Assembly: GCA_041658785.1 (NCBI GenBank)
Contig: JBAZZL010000001.1
Span: 5,478-69,477 of the forward strand
Direction: 5' to 3'
DNA length: 64,000 nt
DNA from: Patescibacteria group bacterium
GTDB taxonomy: Bacteria > Patescibacteriota > Patescibacteriia > Magasanikbacterales > UBA922
Shown here: piece by piece, positions 58,601-64,000 of the stretch
Numbering within the stretch: the first letter of the stretch is position 1
How the letters are laid out: each line of letters opens with the position of its first letter
The notes under the pieces: generated by a model
Seen by the model: only the letters and a program-made list of their open reading frames with translations
Told to the model about the DNA's origin: nothing
Database searches by the model: none
Program-made: the position numbers and the translations under genes

Positions 58601-60444
58601 GTTACGCGCCGAGTATTGAAATTTCGCGTAAAAGCGATGGTTTAACAGACGCGGAGACAGTCGGGGTATTACGATTTTTCAGCGGCTCCAACACCCAAAG
58701 ACAATTAGCGGCAATTGAAACCATTGTTGACGGTACGAATGAGGACGCCGGAGAACTGGTATTTTGGACAACACCCACTGGCGGTTCTATCACCCGGCGC
58801 ATGACCATATTGGATACCGGTGAGATTGGGATCGGCACTACCGCACCGGTCCGTCCATTGGATGTTAGCGCTTCCGATGGCCAAAATTTACGTTTGACGC
58901 ATGATCAGTCCGCTGTTAATTATACTGATTTTCTTACCAACGGCAGTGGCGAGTTGGGTATTTTTCCAAGAGGCAGCGCTCCTTTGGTTATGATTGACGC
59001 TAATTCCAATACCGCGGCACTGCGCCTGCGCGGCGCGGACGATCCGGTTGAGGTCGTTGATATATACGTTGGCACAAGCGGAGAATTAATTCTTAACGCT
59101 ACCGCGGGCACTGGCGCGGCCGCTTTTATTGATCTGCGTCCCGAAGATAATCAGTATGGTGTGCTTATCCGCGAGTCAGACGGCACGGGCACGGCTACTT
59201 ACGCCAATTTGTATGTTACGGACGCGACTGATGATTATTTGACGATTAATGTTAATTCGGTTACTGATGGAGACGCTTTAGTAATCACGGCGGCTGATTT
59301 AGTTGGTGTGGGGACTTCAACTCCGTGGGGTAAATTTGCGGTGGAGATGGGAACAACCAATCCGGCGCTGGTCATTTCTAACACCGGTTCATCAACGCCC
59401 GCCTTCTTTATCGGCGGGGTGAATCAGAATGGCCATATTGGAGTAGGTACGAGCACGCTTTCGCAGGCGCTCACGGTGGAAGGTTCAATTTTGGCTTCTA
59501 ACTTGTATGGCGGGGCAGTGAATGTGACGGTTGATGCCGGCGGCAAAATTATTAGAGACCCGTCCGACGTGCGGCTTAAAGAAAATATAAACACGATTCA
59601 AGGGGCATTGGATAAAGTGCTGGGGTTGCGGGGCGTTTCTTTCAGTTGGAAACCCGAATCCAATATGGGCAGTCAGACGGATTTTGGTTTGATCGCGCAA
59701 GAGGTGGAACAGGTGGTGCCGGAATTGGTTAGCCATCCGTCGGTCGGCTGGATGGGTGTTAAATACACCAATATGGTCGGTTTGCTTATTGAAGCAATCA
59801 AAGAACAGCAAACACAAATTCAATCACTCGCTATTGGCAATAATTTGCAGGGAAATCTAAATGGAAACATTACCGCGGATAAATTAACGGTGCGCGGAGA
59901 GGCCGCGTTTGGCCGCGATACTGTGGGCCAGGCGAAAATTTTGGCTGGCGCGACCGAAGTCCGCGTTACTTTTGCAGAGGAATATGAACATCAGCCGATT
60001 GTTACAATTACCTTGCGCGGTGAAGAAGGGCTGGCGGCTGATGTTAATTATGCGGTGGTCAATGAAAACACGCGGGGATTTATCATCAAGATCAGCCGCG
60101 CGGTTGATGTTGATTTGTCATTTAATTGGCACGCGTTTGGCAGCAGCGGCGGGAAAGTGTTTGTGAGCGATGGGGGGGTGCTGGATTTACAGATTGTTGT
60201 GGAGGAAGAGATCGCTGGTGGTGCGGGTACCGCCGATGATACGAGCGATAGGACGAATACGACGGATGGGACGGATAGGACGAATGTGGACGCGGTCGAC
60301 ATGGTGGATGCGGTGGATACCGCTGACGCGACGAATACGGCGAATACAGTGGATATGACGAGTGGGACGGATGAGACAAATATGACTGACGATAGTAACG
60401 GTGAACCAGCGGAGGAAAGTCCAGATGGAGAAGGATCACTATGA
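55624..60444 (+). CDS. Giant tail-fibre-like surface protein (1606 aa) with an internal peptidase-S74 intramolecular-chaperone domain and an acidic Thr/Asp-rich C-terminal tail
   Basis: N-terminal TM. Ser/Thr/Gly-rich beta-helix-like repeats with internal duplications (VGINSSTPQ[AV]RL[SA]VEDTAEQFRLGYNSGNYASF x2; VG..TSTPWGKF[SA]VEM.T.NPA x2). S74 motif DPSDVRLKENINTIQGALDKVLGLRGVSFSWK...FGLIAQEVEQVVPELV...VKYTNMVGLLIEAIKEQQTQIQSL at about aa 1290-1400. Confidence 0.8.
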   Translation: MFVRKLFWAINRKVQKTDENRSFVFLVICITAFASLFTFLFLFGLQGNRVEAASPPSIITYQGKLLQSSASVTTTKKMGFSIYDSLTGGNILYTASGTLAASNTVNIIPTNGVFSVEIGKTTGATSTNSLGSSIFQNNQSLYLEVIVVDSGATTTLSPRKQLTTAPYAFNSEYLAGAAATSTASTTTYIPISGSDGSFSFNTTTISNLIVSGFVRTSSTLLLGSAGGNDDLFIDGTRVFVGTSTWGGGAAGLLALDADKANLIGLSIRANSSKNALVIEGSNASSVFVIDAAGGVSASSSIRAYGNVTSTGILYASNGLISSASSTFASNLQVTGGVWASSTLQVTNTSTLYNDLLLGTAAFGHLTGTNNLLVNGQSEFDGTVWFDGSLRASSTLLSTGLITAYDSVSVAKNVTSTGIIYGLGGLISSASSSFGGLLTASGALDVEGAITASSTFLVGGSSGSDDFYVSDGSSRFGNTNASSSLAIYGYVTTTGNIEPQHNNAYDLGKYNNAWRNVYASGTLIVGGTGTSTFGGGVQTATLDVTSQSASSTFANGIILSKGCVLVGGTCLSAGGSVAGSDGQIQYNNGGAFGGASALVYDDGTNRVGINSSTPQARLSVEDTAEQFRLGYNSGNYASFTVGSNGVLTINPLASGTSVTTTLSGGLTVDSNSLIVDFSTNRVGISTSSPSALFAVGGNAFFSGDISNVANITATGTVNFTGAAVTTTISGGLVVDSTTLVADYSTSRVGIGNASPGAPLHVLTNSSGRTIRLEENSGGEYVEFGINSSGDFTIYDDINLPLFTVNNLNGYVGIGDTDPDGMLELSYDGGVKPSFLVSSLDNNDGDVFVINSSKYVGINSSTPQVRLAVEDTAEQFRLGYNSGNYASFSVVADGALIITTAGTDEDITLQTGSFSNALFIDDSATTVGINSSTPWGKFSVEMDTVNPAFVVANSGSSTPALFVSGVNKMGRIGMGTVAPGISTGNDPVLTLESASYAPSIEISRKSDGLTDAETVGVLRFFSGSNTQRQLAAIETIVDGTNEDAGELVFWTTPTGGSITRRMTILDTGEIGIGTTAPVRPLDVSASDGQNLRLTHDQSAVNYTDFLTNGSGELGIFPRGSAPLVMIDANSNTAALRLRGADDPVEVVDIYVGTSGELILNATAGTGAAAFIDLRPEDNQYGVLIRESDGTGTATYANLYVTDATDDYLTINVNSVTDGDALVITAADLVGVGTSTPWGKFAVEMGTTNPALVISNTGSSTPAFFIGGVNQNGHIGVGTSTLSQALTVEGSILASNLYGGAVNVTVDAGGKIIRDPSDVRLKENINTIQGALDKVLGLRGVSFSWKPESNMGSQTDFGLIAQEVEQVVPELVSHPSVGWMGVKYTNMVGLLIEAIKEQQTQIQSLAIGNNLQGNLNGNITADKLTVRGEAAFGRDTVGQAKILAGATEVRVTFAEEYEHQPIVTITLRGEEGLAADVNYAVVNENTRGFIIKISRAVDVDLSFNWHAFGSSGGKVFVSDGGVLDLQIVVEEEIAGGAGTADDTSDRTNTTDGTDRTNVDAVDMVDAVDTADATNTANTVDMTSGTDETNMTDDSNGEPAEESPDGEGSL

Positions 60445-60995
60445 TAGTTCAGCAGACGAAATTGGTTCCGGCACATGGAGGGTATAGAAAATTGCGTTCG
60501 TATCAGAATGCGACGATTGTGTATGATCTTACAGTAGTGTTCTGTGATTTGTACATTAACAAGTTTAGCAGGACAAAGGATCAGATGGTTCAAGCGGCTC
60601 GCAGTGGAAAGCAGAACATAGTAGAAGGCAGTATGGCATCGGGCACCTCAAAGAAGACGGAGATAAAATTGGTGGGGGTGGCGCGGGCCAGTTTAGAAGA
60701 GCTGCTTGCGGATTACGAGGATTTTTTGCGACAGCGGAGGATGGCGGCTTGGGGGAAAGATGACCCCAAGGCGCGAGGAGTCCGGCAGTTGTCCTACGGG
60801 TCGGATAGGTCATATATGACTTATAACGCCTATTTGGAGAGTCCTGAAGAAGGAGCCAATATGATGGTTTGCCTTATTCACCAGACAAACTATTTACTGG
60901 ACCAACAACTGCGCGCGTTGGAAAAGCAGTTTTTGCAAGACGGTGGCTTTACAGAAAGACTTTACCAGCAAAGGAAAAGCTACCGTGGCTATTAG
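60441..60995 (+). CDS. Four-helix-bundle protein (TIGR02436; Avd / 23S-rRNA-intervening-sequence-protein family)
   Basis: YRKLRSYQNATIVYDLTVVFCDLYI...TKDQMVQAARSGKQNIVEGS...ARASLEELLADYEDFL matches the family pattern. ATGA overlap with the giant gene stop. Confidence 0.65.
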   Translation: MIVQQTKLVPAHGGYRKLRSYQNATIVYDLTVVFCDLYINKFSRTKDQMVQAARSGKQNIVEGSMASGTSKKTEIKLVGVARASLEELLADYEDFLRQRRMAAWGKDDPKARGVRQLSYGSDRSYMTYNAYLESPEEGANMMVCLIHQTNYLLDQQLRALEKQFLQDGGFTERLYQQRKSYRGY

Positions 60996-61018
60996 TTTGA
61001 CATCTAAACTAGCGCCTC

Positions 61019-62692
61019 TTGACAGGGCGTTTTTTTTGTGTTAATTTAGAATTAAATCAGTTCTTTCTGCGTTCGGCTGCGCGAGTCGCGGTCGGCGCAT
61101 ACAAACCTAAGAGGGACATCATGGTAGCGAAGCGTCAGGTGCGATTTCTTTGGGCGCTGACTTTCGTCCTCGTCGCCGTCATGGCGGCGAGGTTCTGGAT
61201 GTACACGGTAGATGACGCGTTCATCTACTTTCGGTATGCGGCTAACTGGCTGGCCGGGCTTGGCCCGGTGTTCAATGCCGGCGAGCCGGTGGAGGGCTAC
61301 ACCAGCCCGCTCTGGCTTGCCGAGTTGACAATGTTGGGCTGGATTGGGTTGTCTCTGCCGCTCGCCTCCAAGGTTCTTGGATTGTTGTACTTGGTGGCGA
61401 CCATCCTTTTCTTTCTGCTCCAGTGTGATCTGAAAATGAAGGTGGGGGCGCTCCTCGTCGCTCTTTATGGCGAAGCTGTTCTGTGGGCTGTAGGAGGGCT
61501 GGAGACATTGGCGGTTGCGGCACACCTTCTCACCGCTGTCGTGATGTTCTTCAGGATGAAGAACGTGCGGCAGGCGAGTGGTGTCGGAGTACTTCTTGGT
61601 CTCGCCTACTTAGCCAGACCGGAGGCGGTGTTGCTTTTCGGAGTGTTGCCGTTAGTCGCTGTCAGTTCCGCGAGAACTGACAGGATGGTGAGGCGGTGCA
61701 TTCTTGCGGTCCTTGGGATAGGTGGAACCATCGTCATCAGTCACCTCGTTTGGCGGTATTCCTATTACGGGGAGTGGCTACCGAACACGTTCTTTGCCAA
61801 GGCCGGCGGACCAGAAATGGTGCCGCTTGGCCTTGAGTACGTGGAGGGATGGCTCCCATGGGTTCTACTGCCTGTGGCTATGGTAGTGGCGGGGCTGGCA
61901 TATCCGGAAGTGCGCCGATATGCATGGGCCGTTTTGCTCATCGCCCTACCATGGACAGCTCACGTGGTTTGGGCCGGCGGCGACCACATGCGGGCACACC
62001 GTTATTTGGTGCCGCTCTTTCCCCTTTTCATTTGGGCAGCGGCAAAGACGGCGAGCTACCTCTGGCAGAAGACCGCCAGGTTGCGGCCGGCGATCATTGT
62101 GTTGGTTCTTATCCAGGCCTGTTTGCAGGCGTGGCTGGGAACCAAGTTGAACGACCAGTCGGAGATGACTGTTGTCCAAGGCAGGTTCATCGGCGAGTGG
62201 CTTGATGATAATCTGCCGGAGGACGCGGTCGTTGCCGGCAACATCGCCGGAGTAATTCCGTATTACTCTCGGCGGGCGTTCATTGACATGCTGGGTCTCA
62301 ACGACATGGTGATCGCCCGCACCCCCGCGGTAGAGCTTACTATCCGGCAGCTCGCGCGGTTGAGCGCCTGGGCCAATCGGCCGGGGCATCTCCGTGGAAA
62401 CGCGGAGTATGTTCTTGGCCGGCGTCCGGATGCTATCATCGTCGGTGCGACCAACGGTTGCGGCGGGCTGCTTTCGCATCACTCCCAGCCGTTTTTTCGA
62501 GCGGACTTTCCTCTGCTCGCCGAGCTCCAACCGCTCAACGGTTTGGTCTATCAACCGCGAACGGTTGAAATCAGACCAAGTCAGGAGGATCTTGCCGCCG
62601 CAGCGCGATACTTTGACCCCGGGCTCCTGGATCCCATCATGTTCTGTTTTTGGGAAAGGATTCCGGGGCAGCGATTGGTTATGGTGGAATGA
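61019..62692 (+). CDS. GC-rich polytopic membrane protein, putative GT-C-fold glycosyltransferase (ArnT/PMT/arabinofuranosyltransferase-like)
   Basis: At least 10 TM helices. First-loop motif YTVDDAFIYFRYAANWLAGLGPVFNAGEPVEGYTSPLW (DD motif typical of GT-C enzymes). GC content far above that of neighbouring genes. Confidence 0.5.
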   Translation: MTGRFFCVNLELNQFFLRSAARVAVGAYKPKRDIMVAKRQVRFLWALTFVLVAVMAARFWMYTVDDAFIYFRYAANWLAGLGPVFNAGEPVEGYTSPLWLAELTMLGWIGLSLPLASKVLGLLYLVATILFFLLQCDLKMKVGALLVALYGEAVLWAVGGLETLAVAAHLLTAVVMFFRMKNVRQASGVGVLLGLAYLARPEAVLLFGVLPLVAVSSARTDRMVRRCILAVLGIGGTIVISHLVWRYSYYGEWLPNTFFAKAGGPEMVPLGLEYVEGWLPWVLLPVAMVVAGLAYPEVRRYAWAVLLIALPWTAHVVWAGGDHMRAHRYLVPLFPLFIWAAAKTASYLWQKTARLRPAIIVLVLIQACLQAWLGTKLNDQSEMTVVQGRFIGEWLDDNLPEDAVVAGNIAGVIPYYSRRAFIDMLGLNDMVIARTPAVELTIRQLARLSAWANRPGHLRGNAEYVLGRRPDAIIVGATNGCGGLLSHHSQPFFRADFPLLAELQPLNGLVYQPRTVEIRPSQEDLAAAARYFDPGLLDPIMFCFWERIPGQRLVMVE

Positions 62693-62721
62693 GATGAAGT
62701 TGGAATGAATTGGAATGTAGG

Positions 62722-62812
62722 TGCAAGCGAAAACCCCCGTTCGCTTCACCTGCTTTCTTTCTGACAGTTTGTTGGAAAAAAAGCAGGGAGGATTAGCGAA
62801 CGGGGGTTTTGT
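62722..62812. repeat. 16-bp perfect inverted repeat (aaaacccccgttcgct / agcgaacgggggtttt) separated by about 45 bp, 3' of the GT-C gene
   Basis: Read directly. Probable terminator or structured element. Confidence 0.6.
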
Positions 62813-63030
62813 AATTGGCAAAGAATTATTTTTTTGGTATAATGACACCAATAGGACTTACGCATTTGAGGAATAGCGGATTGAGTCCCGATTCGCATCG
62901 GGACGAAATCCGCGCTGTTCGAGTGCGAAATTCTCCCGATTCAATCGGGATCATTTCGCTACTCCGCGTAAAATAACCAAACGCGTAAGTCATAACCAAA
63001 TGTAGATATCATAAAACAAGAAAAAAATCT

Positions 63031-63816
63031 ATGCCAAAAAAAGAAAACGCGGCAAAAGAAATAAAATCTATTGCAGACGGTAAGCCGCCCCGCACTCGGA
63101 GTTCAGGTTCAAAATGGATAGGGATATTAATTATATTATTACTAATCTCTTTGATCGGCCTGTTCTGGTCTTTTTATAAATACCAAACAACCAAAAAGCA
63201 GATTGCTGTTTTGTCCGCGCAGACGGGACAGGCCCAACTGTCTGATCAAGAAATAGACGAACTATTAGGCAAAGTAAGCCGTCACATTTTACTGCCTAGC
63301 GAAGAAAAACCGACCGTCGCCACCATTGTGAACGCCGCGGTTTTGGCCGAACAGCAGGATTTTTATCGTGACGCTCAAAACGGAGATCGCTTATTGATTT
63401 ATAAAAACAAAGCGATAATCTACGATCCGGATAACGATATTATTGTTAACGTGGGGCCGGTTATTATTCAAAACAGCGGCCAGCCCGCGAGCGGAGACAT
63501 CCCCGTCGCGCCCGCCGTGGACGGACGCGTCAGCGTGGAATTGAGAAACGGCACGGAAACAAGAGGGCTGACCAGAACGCGAGCGCCGGAGTTTGACGCC
63601 AATTTATATAATATTATCAATATCACGACTGCGGCGAGGACCGATTACGCGGAAAATATTGTCGTTAATTTAAAAGGCGCGGAGGTGGGCGCGCTGGCGG
63701 ATCAGTTTGGCGCCGCGGTGGTTGACGTTCTGCCTGAAGGAGAGGCGGATTCAACCGCGGACGCGGTGGTAATTTTTGGTCAAGAACAGTATGGCAATGA
63801 AAATACCAATCAATAA
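63031..63816 (+). CDS. Membrane protein with LytR_C (LytR/CpsA/Psr C-terminal) domain
   Basis: N-terminal TM. C-terminal RVSVELRNGTETRGLTRTRAPEFDANLYNIINITTAA...IVVNLKGAEVGALADQFGAAVVDVL fits the LytR_C pattern. Confidence 0.6.
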   Translation: MPKKENAAKEIKSIADGKPPRTRSSGSKWIGILIILLLISLIGLFWSFYKYQTTKKQIAVLSAQTGQAQLSDQEIDELLGKVSRHILLPSEEKPTVATIVNAAVLAEQQDFYRDAQNGDRLLIYKNKAIIYDPDNDIIVNVGPVIIQNSGQPASGDIPVAPAVDGRVSVELRNGTETRGLTRTRAPEFDANLYNIINITTAARTDYAENIVVNLKGAEVGALADQFGAAVVDVLPEGEADSTADAVVIFGQEQYGNENTNQ

Positions 63817-64000
63817 AAAAATCGCGGCGTTGATTTTAGTTGTCGCGATTGTTATTTTTGCTTCCGTCTCGCTCGCCATCTGGCTGTCGGCGCGATCCGC
63901 GCTGTCGGCGGAAAAATATCAGGCGGTTTTTCTCGCGAACGGCCAGGTTTATTTTGGCCGCGCGGAGAAAATAAACAGCCGGTATGTGCGGCTCTCGGAC
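63810..64000 (+). CDS. Partial ORF (N-terminal TM protein), truncated by the window end
   Basis: MKIPINKKIAALILVVAIVIFASVSLAIWLSARS... continues beyond 64000. Confidence 0.3.

Noticed and set aside
55624-62692. Diversity-generating retroelement (Avd-like four-helix-bundle gene right after a giant surface protein)
   Set aside because: No reverse transcriptase (no YxDD-containing ORF) and no template repeat matching the 3' end of the giant gene anywhere in the window. The gene after the Avd-like ORF is a polytopic membrane protein. The family is also common as a stand-alone gene.

Overview
The window looks like a Candidate Phyla Radiation / Patescibacteria-type chromosome that spans the replication origin. 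That assignment rests on the AT-rich sequence and the gene content (giant surface proteins, a four-helix-bundle protein, many palindromic repeats). dnaA and dnaN sit at 32.1-35.0 kb with DnaA-box clusters on both sides. Gene strand flips there: genes run on the minus strand from about 17 to 38 kb and on the plus strand from about 38 to 46 kb.

Housekeeping genes recognised from the translations:
- ruvB, ruvA (16 kb apart)
- efp with epmA
- a PfkB kinase, trxB, rpe, rpiB
- ileS, gyrA, rpsA
- a peroxiredoxin and an FMN reductase
- a Kef-type antiporter and an AI-2E transporter
- PBP1A, polA, holA, rpsT, rmuC
- rpmH, which is too short for the ORF track

Six tRNAs are hand-folded: Pro, Phe and Ala(TGC) on the minus strand, Cys on the minus strand, and Arg(CCT) and Ala(CGC) on the plus strand.

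The accessory content is what stands out:
1. An IS200-like (REP-associated) tyrosine transposase whose ORF carries a perfect 29-nt palindrome and low-complexity inserts in frame. The same palindrome is in frame in the neighbouring holA.
2. At least three nested, MITE-like palindromic repeat families. They flank the tRNA genes and pile up in an 860-bp non-coding stretch.
3. Short tandem repeats inserted in frame into ileS and polA.
4. A DUF559 (Vsr-like endonuclease) gene inside a roughly 540-bp element flanked by inverted repeats, starting right at the polA stop codon.
5. A three-gene operon: a wHTH-GHKL ATPase, a DUF4325 STAS-like protein, and RmuC.
6. A tandem ATP-grasp protein (two Ddl-like modules in one 827-aa polypeptide).
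7. A surface-protein cluster: a WxL-like secreted protein, an 897-aa protein with a myxo-type Cys repeat and carboxypeptidase-regulatory-like domains, and a 1606-aa tail-fibre-like protein with an internal peptidase-S74 chaperone domain. This is followed by an Avd-like four-helix-bundle gene and a GC-rich glycosyltransferase-like membrane protein.

There is no CRISPR array, no rRNA and no reverse transcriptase in the window.
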